A stretch of 64,000 nt of DNA from Balanoglossus misakiensis (lineage: Eukaryota; Animalia; Hemichordata), in NCBI GenBank assembly GCA_040954595.2, contig CM082593.2, forward strand, positions 6,020,072 to 6,084,071, in the 5' to 3' direction. How positions within the stretch are numbered: the stretch's first letter is position 1; each line of letters begins with the position of its first letter. Below, piece by piece: positions 36,541-51,500 of this stretch. The position numbers and the translations under genes are program-made. The notes beneath the pieces are model-generated. The model was not told where the DNA came from and did not search any database. It saw only the letters and a program-made list of their open reading frames with translations.

Positions 36541-39500
36541 CCCTGCCTGTCGGACTTCTTTTCAATTAACGTGACCGCTGACAGAACGGCATACAGCGGT
36601 CATGTCGGGTATGTGGAGGGACTGGCACAATGACAACCGCGCGGTCTAAATAGACCTAAACAAAACAATAAAGAACTCTGCGTGTCAAACGACACCAAGA
36701 TCCAAAGTACCTGAGATTAGCGGGAGTTTACTGTCATGATTGTCTGAGTGGCGCTGTAGTACACGCGTGCGCGCTAAAACGAGAGACAAGACTTTTGTCA
36801 TGATCTCGCAAAGTGGCCGAGATTTGTATTTGATGCGATTCTCAGCACACGCATACATCCACGCATGTGCTAACCGAAATTGAGATACGATAGAAACGCT
36901 ATTCTCATCCACCTGATGCAAATTAAAGGTAAACCGAACATCAAACCGTTAATGTGTTTGTATACAAAACACTTAAAGAATACAGATTACACACTGTCTC
37001 AGCGATAATTGGTAGAGTACTAAAGTGACTTGGCCAATTTTGCTAGTAGAGACACTTTTGAGTTTTTTTGCACCTAATTAAATTTAATTTAATTTAATTT
37101 AATTTAAAATTTTTACAGATGAATTATTTGTGTGTTGCTTTCCAAAGCCGGCAATTGTTTTACACGTGTTTCCGCTGACGATTGCGCGTCTTCGAAAATG
37201 ACTTGAACGATTCTAAGCACAGTTCATCGTTTTCCTGTATTAGACAGAGCGTGGGTCCCTGTGAAAAAATATACTACAACTGGTTGTGTAATTCTGTTTG
37301 AACATATGTAATCAGTTTACGTACACTCTCTGCGTGATAAACACTCTAAGACAACCGAGTTGTCAAGGACGATGACCCCAAAAGTACTATTTCCTAAGTT
37401 ACTCACAAATTATATACGTACACTTTAAAGGAGACTACGCACATTTCGACAATTTTGGGGTTCCTCAAAATAAATCCACAAATAAATTGCGGGAGTTAAA
37501 ATCACAGAGGCGACCCCCACCGCAGTGGGTTACACAAAGCAGTGCGAAAGTAAATCACTGCGCCAAGCCGCGGCAATAATAAGATCTGTTATGTTTATTT
37601 TCATAATTTTCATATAAGTGTATAAGGTGTGGGCCAAGGGCCACCCGGTGGAGCAATTTAGTTTCTCGGTTGTGTATCTGTGAGAGGTCAACTCGGGTCA
37701 TTCACGTTTCACTGGAAGCCCGACATTCCGAGGGAAGTCGAGAACAGTACGCATGTTCAGATTATTTCATACTTTGCCCAGTCTGTAGTTTGTTCGACTT
37801 AATTTGCGGTCCATCGACGCCTGTCTCCGCTCTGGGTTGGCAAAAACCACAAAAGTTAAATTTAGAAGCCCCCTCCCCCAATAAAAAACACCTGAAAATG
37901 CTCACGTGTTTTATACGTGTACATGAGCGCGCGATATACTTCGTTTTGGAGTTTGCAACCTTGCAATATCAGTGGAATTGTTAGAAAGTATATTGAAAGA
38001 CCTGCGTCTTCATTGAAACGACGAAGTTGCCAACGTCCTTCAGATCACGATGCTCCTAACTACGTGCCAGGTTTTAGGTAATAATTTAAGTTAGCGGTCG
38101 TCCGTGACTGCCTTCTGGGCATGTTAGTCCTTCCAATTGCAACCGCTTCACATTCGAATTAAAGGTCGCACGCAGGTCACTCGAAGGTCTTTTACAACCG
38201 TCCACTGAATTCAATCAAACGATTCGTCTGTATACTGAGCACTGAAGCGTAGAAACCAACACATCGTCAAACGTGCTTTCATTCTAGGGCCAGTGGTTGT
38301 AACTTTTGACATATTTATTCAGATTGATTTTTGCTTGTTTGTGTCACACGAAGTTTGTTGTTCCTTCAAGCATGCGCAGACACTGAATTTTCTGCTTGTC
38401 GGACACCCAACTACAGATGTGCAATGCCGACTATTTTTTGTCGTCAGTGGAAATTGAAGTCGAGTCCGTGCTTATTAACAGTGACAGTGCTGGATGTATT
38501 TTATAGAAACTGTTTTGGAGTAAATAACAAGACTGTAAAATTTTATGAGACACAGAACAAAACACGACTACCGTAATAGATCAAATGTGTTGCTACTGTA
38601 TTTAAATGATCACCGCACAAACGGTCAAATAGTGGATCGTGTTATAATCTGACGTAACAATCGTGGTAAAAATCTGAGCACCTCGAGGTCAAAGTCCTTT
38701 GTCTCACAAAAATAAGGTTCTTCTTATTACTGACCATTGCCATTGCAGATACATTTTGGGTCAAGCTAGTTCGGAGTGGCAAAACACTTTTACCGTCTTG
38801 AGACGTTGAACAATGAAATGGGGTCAGTGTTCGCGGTGTGGGCGTGTACCCTCAAGGCGCTGTGTAGCTATGACTCATGGGAGTCACGTAGTTAAACGCT
38901 GTCTTGAACCGTTCACGGTTTAAGGTCGCACAATCTTATGCACTTTTTGGTGTCTATGAAGTTCGACCAGACATTGTCTTTGTCATCTTCGTTATTGATC
39001 ATTCGAAGATGTCGTTCCGAAGTTCTCATAAAACCAGACGATTGTCCAGGTCAAACCGTGGAGTCTGTAAGATCATCTTGTCCAATCTGTATCAGCAACG
39101 GGAAATCCCATTTCAAAAGATAGGAGCTTAGTATTCCAACGACCCCCCCCCCTAAAAAATTCAGGAAAATCCCTGAACGTACGCCAGACGGATGACCTGT
39201 TCAACCGCATATGTTGATCTCAACTTTGTTAGAAAAATATCTTTTAGGAGTCAATGTACAAACTTTATACAAAGGTTATATATTTTGTTAAATGACATTT
39301 GTACACTTTTGGATAATAATATCTCTGTGACGATAAATCTGTCTCCTTTTACAGTTTATCGCTTTTCAGGCCGAGCTTCGTATTCCTTTCTGTTCTTGTT
39401 TGGTTGTTACACATGCGCAGGAGGTTGTCCTGGCGGACAGGCTGGTTCAAGTTCTGTCCACACGTTTTCCACTCATGTCTCTGGCCAGTGTTACTGTTAG

Positions 39501-42500
39501 CAAAGCGTGAAATTTTGTTAAGTCTTCAGCAGATAATCCGACTTAGCTTGAGAGAGATAAAACAGTATTTAGGGCAAGAGAGCGCCAGCTATTTCTGGGT
39601 TACAGTCCCTCTCAATCCCAGCCTCCTTCTCCCCTGGGACCGGAGATCATTCCAGGGCTCGATCGTGACGTCACAGCGCGACTTCTCCCGAACTCGGCGG
39701 ATGCAGCCAGCTGCTGTTGTCAACATTCATTAGTATAAGACCGACAGGAGAAGGATGCGAGACAGAGATTTTTCTGGAACTCTGGAAACCCTCGAAGCCG
39801 GAATTATCAGAAATTTAAGATTTGAACTCGCACGTGAGTGCACCGCTTTCATCGTGTACAGCGTGTGACCAATTCTTCCAATACCGCACTAGTCTTAATT
39901 AGGACAACATCTAGGAAATAATTTTTCACAAACGGGAATTTGTCGGTTGAAGTCACATATTTGTGGCCAGACGCTTGAATTTTTTCCTTCGTTGGGGTTA
40001 CTCGACTATTGGCCAAAGTCGAGCATTTAAGTGAACAATTAACGTCCATTGCTCCAGATGAAATTGGCCGAGTTTGAGATGACATTGAATCAACTTTAAA
40101 AATTTGACAATAAGCACATGTTATTTAATGTTTGGGGACTTCTGAGGACGAACTGGCAGCCGCTGTACTTGTGAATGGTCAACAGAAAATGTGTCTGGAG
40201 AAATTCAAAATTTCGACCAAGATGACGCCGGACTCTCAATTGCGAATTCTAGGTCTTGTGACAATATTACGCATACATACTGGAATGTCTCGGGCCGGTC
40301 CAAGTTTTTGTTCGTGTGAAATGTGGCGATGACGAAGGGGAAAGAAAGAGGGGCTTTCATGGGCTGCCAGTGGGAGGTTGGTGTGGGCTGTAGTCTGTTA
40401 TGCTTCAAAAAGATCTTAACGCTAACAGACGGCGTTGGCGGAGATTTCTCGACCATGTTAACAACCTCCCAAGTGGGCTTTGAGGTTTTATCGTTGAATC
40501 ACGTATCACGGCCTACAGTAGTTCGGTGACACGGCCGGTGCACGCACTGCAGCAAACGGTCCACGTCTCTCGTCAGCCAACCAAGTGGCCACCTACCGCA
40601 ATATACTATCGAGGCACATCAAATCCGATTTGAGGCTTAATCGATGACTCATCCCCCGCGCAACAATGCCTCTTGTCGAGGGCTTTTGAAAGGTGATAAT
40701 ACCGCCAACAATTGTTAAGTATCGCTGTAGTAGCACTAGTCCTATTTACACGCCATGTCCTTTGGTCATGTGTTCTGGAAATAAACACTCTTCCAAGCGT
40801 AATGGGTTTCGCGCGGATCCGCCAATAAAAAGGAGCGCAACCTCTGGGTTTGCCCAAATCTACAACCGTTCACAACAGACGAGCGTTGTTCTGTTTGTAT
40901 AGTAATTTCTATTTCCATAATACCGCTGGCACAAATCTCGAATAAAAGTTACTGCGCCACCCAATGTAAGATTTATGTTAAACGGAACACTGCCAATTTT
41001 CTTTTTTGTATGTTCTCCAGAATTCTTCAATTTTTTGGCTTTAGGAATCGTAGAATGCGACATACAACCTTATATATTTGGAATAATTTTGTGGTTGGTT
41101 ATAAATGTTTACAAGTTCTTAGAGGTATTGAGTGAAAGTACGGGACCATTTTTGGTCGGACAGTACAGCAATATGCAGAGTAGAAATGGTTGCGCTTCGT
41201 AACCTTGGGTGGCCACGGAGCACAACACGCCGGAGGGTTGTGATAATTCCCGTTCACAGCTATACACTATGTTCAAGAATACTTTCAGAAGGATTTCGTT
41301 TCCCCCGTTGGTCCTCTTTCGTTAATTCAATATGACCTTTGACCCTGGGAACCGTCTGATTTATCAGGACATCGATTTAAACCACGCTGCTGGGGTAGTT
41401 GATATACGCCAGATACACTAAGACATGGGACATGCTTATTCCTTCTGTGGTATTTCAGTCTTGGGGAGCTGTCAAGTTAGTGGCGTTGAAAATTAAATGA
41501 TATAAAATAATAATAATAAAACACTATTCCATTTTGAAGTTGCCCTTGCATCAGTTCGACTGATACTGTAGGTTATAGGCTACTGTAATATATTCCTATT
41601 TTGCCGTTTACGTTAATCAACAGCAGATGACGGGAGAAACATAATATTGCGGGCAACCTTGACTTCTGCTCGTGGCTAGAAGGAAAACTGTTCGACTGGA
41701 GCGGACATGGCTGAAACCTGTTCATGTTGTCATGTGTTAGATTTATCACCTGTGACCTTATGAAGAGGTCATCCAGGGTTGGTTGCTAGCAAAAACACTG
41801 TAAAATAGGTCCATTGCACGTGTGCATTTCTTGGCTAGAAACTGTGCTTCGGTTGTAAAGTACGAGCGGTCTCCTTTTCAGCCGGCTCGACAATGCAGTT
41901 TCATCGGGCTCTCGCAGGAGGCGACCCGGTGTGGGTCGTCGGGTTAAGCCGTAACAATGCGTTCATTTGTTGTACAATGTGAGGACTCGTGTCCCGTCGC
42001 TTGGGACCGGCTTTTACATGCTAGAAGTCAGAATGTGTCTTTGAAGGACGCTAATGCTTTCCACATGTTAGGGATTCCAGATGGTTGTGAAGGGAGAGCG
42101 AGCGCAAGGACAAGAGTTTGTCAACATCTTGGGCCCTGAACGCGACCACAGAGATCGCCATCTTCACCATCACGCCGTCCTTGTTAGATCTATCTCAGAT
42201 GCTTCAAGTGGTTGCACTTGACTTTGCTCCGTTATACGTCACATCCGGCCTCTCCTGACCAGACAAATATGTGTGTCCTCCGGTAGCTCATCAATGAGGT
42301 TACGTAAACACCATAAATGGGTCAGCTTGTTGTTCCTACCTCGGGCGTGGGAGGCTTCCTCAAGGGAGAATTTGACCAGAGCACGTTTGGCTGCGACAAG
42401 CCATCGCCGGGTATTCGGCCGAAATAATTAGATTAAGAATTTATTTTCTCGTTGACCTAATTATTGGCTGGTGGTTTGTGACACTATTAACATTGGTGCT

Positions 42501-45500
42501 GTTTTATCTCATGCTCGTTCTTCCACAGCCAGCGATTGTTGGCAGAGCTTGAGGCCTCGATCGTGGACATTAGAAAAATGGAAAGAAACAGAGACAGTTT
42601 CTTCAATAGACGAGACCTTTACAGTTTCTGCGAGAAACTGGGCGTCGTCGTAAATTTTATCTACATCGGGGACACTCAATAGTCGTGTAATAAATAATCA
42701 TAGAGAATAACGCCTCAGCTTTTTACGACTGAAGTTGTGTATATAGAAATGTCTGTCGTATGTTTTGTAGTGTAGCGTCCAACACGTTAAAATAGAGATA
42801 AGGACCGAAGAAAGTGTGATCAACTATTGATTTTTGGCATACGGATAAAATGTATATGTTTTTGATAGTCATATTTGCGGGCACCTTGTTGATCTTTGAC
42901 CTCTAAGCTGCTGGAGTAGTACCAGTTTAGCTAGTGAGAACGATGAAGGCGGGTCTGTAAATACCAAGATGTCGTCTGCCTTCGGACAGGGGCAGATGGA
43001 AGGGTCGGCCTCTGGAACGAGCGTTTCGCAGCGGGTCAAGGTAGCAATGTAAAGAATGTTGCCAGTGGACTATTGGCCGTCAAATGAGGGCACAGCCTTT
43101 GTTTTGATGGAAGGCAAATCGACAAGATGCAAGTAAACGATCACGACTTTTGACACTCCACCAGCGACTAAGTCTTGTTGTGTCGGATAGGCCATAAATT
43201 TTACCAGAAGCGATGCGTTGTTATTTGTGGCCAGGTCAGGCCAGGTCACGGTATTGGAAAACGCTGAATAAGCGGGTTTTAAATTATCAGTTCATTTCAG
43301 AAGTAATTTAAAAATAAGTGACTTAATGTCGGTTTCGTTGGACAGAAATTGTACGCATTTGTTGTTTTGACAACAATAACAACAGCAACACTTTTACGCT
43401 TCATGGATATGATACGCCTAATACTATGTCTGCTTTCGCCAGCAAACTATTTCTTTCCGCTAACGTACGGTTCTACCATTTTACTTCTTGGATTTATCGG
43501 AGTTTGGAAAAATTACCCCTACCTCAATCACTTTTGACTGTAACGTCACAACTGGAAGCAATACCATGCGACAAAACTATCATGGTAATTTTTTGCCGTG
43601 CTTGCGAGTTGACGGGGCTGTTTACTACGCATTCCATGCAGCGCCAAAAGTATCTATGGAGAGTGTATATGTACACCCAACGGTGCAGAAGACATGAATC
43701 GGACAAATCGTCACTGAAGAAATACTTACATCCCGAATTTGCCGAACGAACTGTGCTTGAATCTTTTCCCGGTGTTGCTCTCCGAATGTCCTCTCTCGTC
43801 CCGAAGAGGCCCCGCTAACTTTTCACCTTGAACCTGGCTTTTCTCTCGCGGAATAATCAAACATCCGGCTTTTTCATGGAGACCCTTTCACCATTTGTTT
43901 CTTGTTTTTCTTTTGACTGAAAGGCGGGATTTTTATGAATACGCACCTAGGATCCTCGGAAATCTGTGTCTTCCCGGAGACGTGCGCGGTGCGATGTCGC
44001 TCCAGAGGAAATCAGATTGCGTGTCTCTCAGTCTGGGCGTCTCTACAAATAACGCATGCCGGCACGGTTTAACTCTCACTCAATTTATCGCATATCTGAC
44101 CTACGAGGCAATTCTGCCTTCCGGTGTTCGCGAGTCGAGAACAACATAACAGCAACTTCGCATTTCAAAGAAAAACATTTTATACTGCGCGCGCGCGGCG
44201 CGGCGCACGGGATGTGATTAATTATAATATTATAATGAGAACCACTGGATTGGCTTGCAGCTCTCTCGGATCGTTTACCGCTTCCTTTCCTCGTCGGCAA
44301 CAGGTGTGCAGTGCAGTAAGTTACCTCTGGAGCACAAGATATTAAGTTGAAACCCAAGTGTCGGCGTCTGAGGTGGTATTGTACGTGTGTCACCGTACCC
44401 CCGAAGACAGAACCGCTCGAGCGGCCAGCTTGAAGACAGACAATCGGCAAATCTGTCGGCCTTGGAGCCACCACTGTTGCATAAACAAAACGATCGCCAC
44501 CTTTCATGCCGGCCAACCTTACCTCATACCTGGAGGGTCGCCAAGTCTCGGCAATAAACGAGCCGACGTTTTAATTCAGGGCCACCCAAAGGAAGTCTTA
44601 AGTTTAACACTATCATTGGAAAAAATCGCGCACTTTTGTCCCTGCTCGGGTGAACAGCCTACTAGTCAAATCGGTGTGGCCGCGGCAGAAAGGCCTGAAC
44701 TATAATGGCTGAAAAAAACGACGTATTTTTAACAACGATGAATAATAACTAAAAGGGTTAAAAGGTTAGACTCCAAAGAAATGTGTGGGAAAGGTGCTTG
44801 TTTACACGTCCACCAGAGCTGTTCTCCCCAACACACTTTGTGCTAAAGGGTAGGGCAGACAATTACGTCATCTTTAACTGTCTTGGTAGGTCACCATCGC
44901 GGCCACTTTTATACCCCTCGTCCGTCGGCGCAACATAAACTTTATTTTGCTTATCTTATTGCCTCCTATTTCTTAAAGCGGGCGGTAATGGCTACTCTCC
45001 AAAGAAGTACGGGCTGTTATATTGCCGGCTCTGCTAGCTGTCGGTCACACTTAACAGTGCACAATGGAGTACAAGCAAATCAGGCAATATCCGACTGGGA
45101 GGGAGACGATTATCAGGATTAGGGAAGATTTAGAAGAACTTCAAATCTACGTGGCACATGGGATACCTGTCAACACGCTGGGAAGTTGTATGTGAACACC
45201 GAAAAACACGAATTAGTTCGCAGTGCCCATAAAACAAGATAATTCCTGCGTATCTAGTGTTTGAACACCCAAACAGAAATCACGACATTTGGATCCTGGT
45301 TTACCACACACAAAAAACGTGCAATGTACAAAATCTATAGTTGTATATAATACCACAAAGCCTTGTATTAGCTACATGGTGACGTCACTCGGATGTGTCT
45401 ACTAGTTATGAGAAGTGAATGAAGGACTACACGTACTTGTTTTTTTCTTGTCCTCTCAAAAAAGCCTATGTCCGACAGTAACTTGGTAAATGTTGGGTCC

Positions 45501-48500
45501 TTTACAGCAAGACTCGATAAAATAGTCTCGTACTCACCAGGGACAGACACAAATCCTCGGTCGATGTAGTCTTCACCCTCGTTCCCACAGTGTTGTATTG
45601 AGCGTTTATCAGTCCACGCCCAGAGCACGTACTGACCGTAATACCCCGAAGCTCATATTTATAGGGAGATCGCTCGGCTTGCGTTGCACAGGTTGCGTTG
45701 TATCCTTTTCTCTAGGAGGCTTTATTGGCCACGAGTCGAGTGTTCGCGCTAATGACGTGGAGGCGGCGCGGTTAAGCTATCGTCTATCTGCTGATGTGCA
45801 TTCGAACACATGTCGGGGAAGTTAGGCACCAATCGACGACGAGTGTCCGGGAGGGCATGCCGGGGCGAGATCACTTCACCGCTGGTAAGCTGACACGAGT
45901 TTGACGCCACCGAGTCAGTGAACTTCGTCGAGGTTTCGATTATAATGAAAAGGGGGATGGTCCTCGTAAAACGCCGGGGAAAGATGACGTTATCATCTTG
46001 ACCCAGTTAATGTATTGAAGGCGGGTCATACAAATGCAGTCTGATTTGATATCAAACCAAAGTAGAGGCTAACACATGGCTTGGTTGGCATAATTACTCC
46101 ACAAGGAATTACAATTAGAAGCCAACACATACAAATAGCAAAAAGATAGCCATCGCGACAGACATGCGCAGAGCATCATATGATCGAAAACTACCAAAAT
46201 CCCAAATTTCAAGTTAGCCATTATTTAACACGCTGTAGTAATTTTTTCTGGCACGTCGCTGGGCTTGTTCAATGTTCGACCGATCGCTAAATATGTCGAA
46301 TCGTTAACAAGTGAACCCAGGTCTGGGATGTTTTTTCTGTCGATTCCCTTATTGTCCTAATGCAGACCAGGAGATTTAGCACTGGGTGAACCCCTGACTG
46401 ATAGAAATGTTTATTCATGCAAAGGCCTCGGTGTGTTTTCGCCTTTCGCCGGAGGCTGCCTTTCTCGGAGAACATAATGCAGATTTTACAGTTTCCAGGG
46501 TCTTAAAGAGTGGCTCAAGACGTGACGTCCATCGCTATTGTTGGCGTCCGTCGTTAAAAATAAATCGGGACCGTGTAAAGAAACACGGTGGGTCTTGTTG
46601 AGGGTTATTGTAACTTTCTTTAGATGTGACACAGTCACGGCGTTGCAGGTGAAGGCGACGGCGTCAGGCTATGCAGCGGGTGCCTCCAGGGTTCACCGCG
46701 GCTGTCGTGGGAAATTACCACCGACACCTCGATGGTTACCGAGTCCCTTGCCGCATTTTGGCTCTAACCCGCCCGCAGCTTTTGTGTTCTCTGTCTCGGT
46801 TGCGCCAATTAAGCCCTGCATAAAGGCGGCCGGACGGGTGAATAGAATGGGAGGACGGACCCCGCTGAATGGGATGAGGGGTCCTACACAGCCGCACAGA
46901 CTTGCGCTGTATACCTGTCAATGTATCGTGGCCACCCAACGGCTATTCTTTCCGGGGCTCCGATTGTTCGAGCAGATTTGGGCATTGGATGTCCTTTCGA
47001 GCGGGCAAACAATCGCCTCCTTGTATTTTCACTGTTTCGCCGAGTGTCATGGCAACGCCCCTTCCGCAACTCCAAAATACAAGCTAATTACGGCAAAACC
47101 ATCGAGTGACATGATATCAGGAAAGAGGCGCAATACCCCGCCTACCCATCCGAGGAGATCTTCAGACTGAATTCAACGAACATCAGAAACTCCTCAACTA
47201 TCACAAGAACTTTGGGGGCGACTGGTCCTCTGCCAGCTTTACATTGGTCCTCGGTGATATTATTTTGTATATACACGATCAACAGGTGCACAAGTTGAAA
47301 GAATCGAAATGACTATCACAGACATTGTCTCGCCCAGATTCGTTTTCATCTGCACAGTGGGACGTAATACCAGTAGATTCTGATTTCGAGTTTTACGTTT
47401 TCCAGAACGGAAGAGGTACTGGCAAATGTGACGCATATAACAGAACATTGTATAGTCCGTTCGTCCGGGTCACTTTCCACATTCCCCTTTCTGCATCACA
47501 TCGGCCATATTAGAGCAAGGACGGTGTGTCGGTGATCATTGTCACGTCAGGTCTTATGACGTAAATGAAAATCCTTTTACAAAATAGCGGCGAGAGCAAC
47601 CTCGATAAGAAATTGAGTGTCCCCCTTCCTGCAGTGAAGAGCCACTTAGAGCAAGTGTCCATGCTTTGTTTTTCGGTTTCCGGTTCCATTCATCTCGGCC
47701 TTGGAAGTTGGGAAGACAGGGCCGACCCAGATTCCAACATATTTGACTTCATTTGCCATTTCTTTTCTCACCTCAGCAACCCCCAATCAATGCGTGGTAG
47801 TACAGGCCCAGCATATGGCCATACTCAAACAAGAAAGCTAAAAACGAAATAATTGATGTGGTCTTCTGCGTAATCGTCGAATCTCTCTTATAGGACTTAG
47901 TCATATTTTAATAGCGGAAGGGGTTTCTCGCCAAGAGATATGAAGGTTGCACAAAAATGACTAAGTCCCAACACACTTGGCAGTTAAAGTTCGATATGGC
48001 TGTGAACGTCATACCGACGCTGTGGAAATTTTATGTTTGCAAATTGACGCAAATTTTATGTTCGCAAATTGTCGCCTGGAAGTGAGCGAATGAAAATCCA
48101 ATTTCAAATAGCCATGATAATGTTTTTTGCGAATATCAAAGTTCTTTAGGACAACCACAATTAAAAACAAATGAAATATAAACTGGCAGTTGCCAAAACT
48201 TCCAGACTAAATAACATAGCGAAGGCACAATAATTAGATTGGTAGCATTTGGAGGAATTCAATTTTCCTGGAAAACATACAGGAATTGCCCTGACTTCAC
48301 TAATAGGTTACTTGGCCAATTAAATTATGACGTTAAGGACAGACGGTCGTATTACAACTATTACGTTAGTCCGCTATTCCAGGGAAAGAGTCTGTCATGG
48401 CGCAGGTTTTCCGCTTGTTGATTTTCGCCGGTAACTTCGGCGAATTATACATCTAATAAACCACGCCCTAGAATAACTGATGTAGTTGTTTCAGCTTGGC

Positions 48501-51500
48501 CAAGGAAGGGACTCCAATTGGCCACATTCTTGTACAGTGTTTCGAATGGTCAACGAGTACGTGAGGACACACATCGTGATCATACAAAATATTGGCGTTT
48601 TGTATTTCTGGTAAACAAGTTGTGTCGATGTCTGAACGAGGCGACGGGCTTTGAGTGGTCTAATTCATCACGAATCGCAAGGAAATAATGTGATAAACAC
48701 TCCGTACTGGCGCGGCGACAGTCTCTATTACATCCATATAAACAAACGTGGTCTCTTCATATCGTCTCGGCGGCGACCATAAACGAATAAATCCAGTGTC
48801 TCTCGGAGGAGAATTGGGTTAGTATGCGACGTGTAATAATCTCGCAGGTGCGATTATATGATGTTCGTATTGGTCTCCATGGATCCCTATCCTGTTTGCG
48901 ATTGCGCATTCCTTTTCCACATGCAGATGCATTCCGACATAAGATTTATTGGCTACACCTGTGTTTTGCCATCCACAAGGTCGTCCGTAACATATTAAAG
49001 TAATTAAATCATGGTTATTGAAATACGAGAAATAGAATTTTCGAGAGCGCCTGTAAATTAGCTTACCCTGAAAGCTGTGGTTTGTAAATTAATTTTCTGT
49101 AATTAGCATACATTAGCCCAGATTGGTTCGTCATGCAGTGAGGTAGAGTAGTCACCCGGCGTACTTGTATACAAGGATTTCTATCGAGCGAAAATAATTA
49201 AAGTACATTGCCACGATCAGTTGTCCTTGTTTGGTTACAGTTGAGGTAGAATTACGGTCTACGCTGTTTACCCTCCGACCCGAGTCAACGCGTCGCCTCT
49301 GTCAATCGGAAACACGTTGCGTTTTTCATCGACCCAGACATGTTGTTGATTGTGCTCTTAAGACGCTACAAAAAAACTCAAGAAACAAACAGCGGACGGC
49401 TTTTGTTTTCGTATCTCGTATAACATCATGTAGCTGGTATATTTTGTGTTGTGGAGAGTTGGTTACAGAAATGTGGGAAATCAAATCTGTGTTTGTCTAA
49501 GGAGAGCTTTAAGTTGGCAAAGATTCAATTATTACAGAACGGTATCGGTGCCAGGATAATTTGTCTCCCTGCATTTGGAAATAACTGTTAATAGCTGTAG
49601 TCAATAAGCCGTTTAGTTTTAAATGTCATAAGCAAAATGTGCAATTTGTGTCATTATCTCTCTTCCGCCTGTCAATGATAAATATTTGAATCTTCAAGGC
49701 TCCTTATATTTTCACGTTATTGAAAATATTGTTTCCCCAGTATGTGTTGTACCACGTGACATGCTTCACTTCAGAAGAATGCGTAAAATTATAAGTGTTT
49801 TGTGTATTCGCGTGGTTAAGTGGAAATTGGAACGCGTATACACTGGTCGCTTCTGGCACGATTTCAGATTAATTTGTTTTCGACGATTCGCGGTTCGAAG
49901 AAAGAAGGGTTGAACACCTGAGAAAACCATCCGCTGAGTTGTCACGTGTCGTTGGTTTCTTCCGACTCCCCATCTTGCCAAGTGTTGTCACATCTGTGCC
50001 AAATACGCCGTGTTGATCATCTGCCAGGGAGTTTACGCTCCAACAGAGGGGCACAGCAATATACTTCAGTGAAGATAGATTTTTACGCACAAACAAATAA
50101 ATTATGTTACAGAGACTGTGTAAAGTTACACAGCTTTGTTTCTGTCTCCGTGTCCCCTTTAGAAAAGAATCGACACCTGGTTATTTCTATAGCACCCACA
50201 GTACAGGAATATATTGTAAACTTCTTTTATAGCTTCCTTGCTCAAGAAAAATGAGAGTTGTGAAAAAACGCACCAGTACAGCCGTACCCGTATTCTATCA
50301 CCGGAATTCGCTTGAAGAACCGTTTGGATTAAGTCCATCAATGTACACGTATTTAAACATTCGCAGTGCTAGCGTTTATTTTGACTTGCTCAGGGTAATG
50401 TCTGAAGTAAACCTGATGGAAAGTCGACCTACATTCTGAGCGTTTAAAGAAAATCTGTATCGAACAAACTCCCGCTCTTCCGATGAAATTATCGCTTAGC
50501 CTTTTCACTGTAACAGGGGTCAATCTCAGTACAGTAAAAAAATATCGAGAATTGTGACGCCGAGCAATTAATGGGAAAACTATAACGCGGTCTTCTACAC
50601 GACTTCATTCAACAGACTGAAGTGTTCAAAATCAAAATGCGAGGACACGAACCCGGTTTCCATGACAACGTGGCCACCCCGAAGTCGTCCGCTCTGTGAG
50701 ATTGGACAGCGCCATTGTCCGCGCCGCAGAAATAAAATGCAAGTTCATGGGTCGATGTGTGCAGGTTGTCCCCAGTGTATAGCAAACCATTCTCGGAGAA
50801 GCAGTTAACCATGTTATTTTGGGCTGCTTTTATTGATCTGACTGAGACTATTAACGTCAAGTTATTTTCTGAATTTTCAGTTCCGGTGGAACACTGTTTT
50901 CTCGTTTGTTGCGCGATGAATGAGTCGTTTGTACAGTTGACGGCTCCATTATTACCAATAATTTGGTCTGAACAACGAAGTCGATGTGTGTAGTACATGC
51001 CACTTATTTTCTAGAAAACGACTATTGAACAGAAGCTCGTCACCTGTCAAAGTGACATCCCTACTTTATCATGGACAGCAAATTGGCGAGGTTTTCGGAG
51101 GAGAGTAGACGGAAAGTTCTAACAATAGAATGAAAAGCGCTGACGAAAGTCTTGTAATATAATTCTTATTGGTCCGATAGTCGCTTGTTAACTAGGCAAC
51201 CGAAGGATGACTTTGAATTGTCCTAAAGTTAGGCCGGTTAGATCATTTAAAAATCATCATTTTTCTATTGGGTGTTCCTCTTGGACCTAGTAATTCGCTC
51301 GCCTTGAGTGGTCATGATTGTTGGCCTTGGTTGGATGTCACACTTACTGCTTTGGAGCAGTCCGTTTGGCCGGACAACTGGTTAGTTTGTAGGGCACATG
51401 GATGTCATTTTTTTTACATCCAACGTATGATGTACTACATATAGACAGGCGTAATTGCAGGGACCTGGGATATACCACATAGATATATCGGTATGCATGC

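Noticed and set aside
46538-47170. Longest ORF in the track (210 aa, plus strand)
   Set aside because: Non-ATG start, no recognisable domain or splice support; likely a chance ORF in a GC-richer patch.
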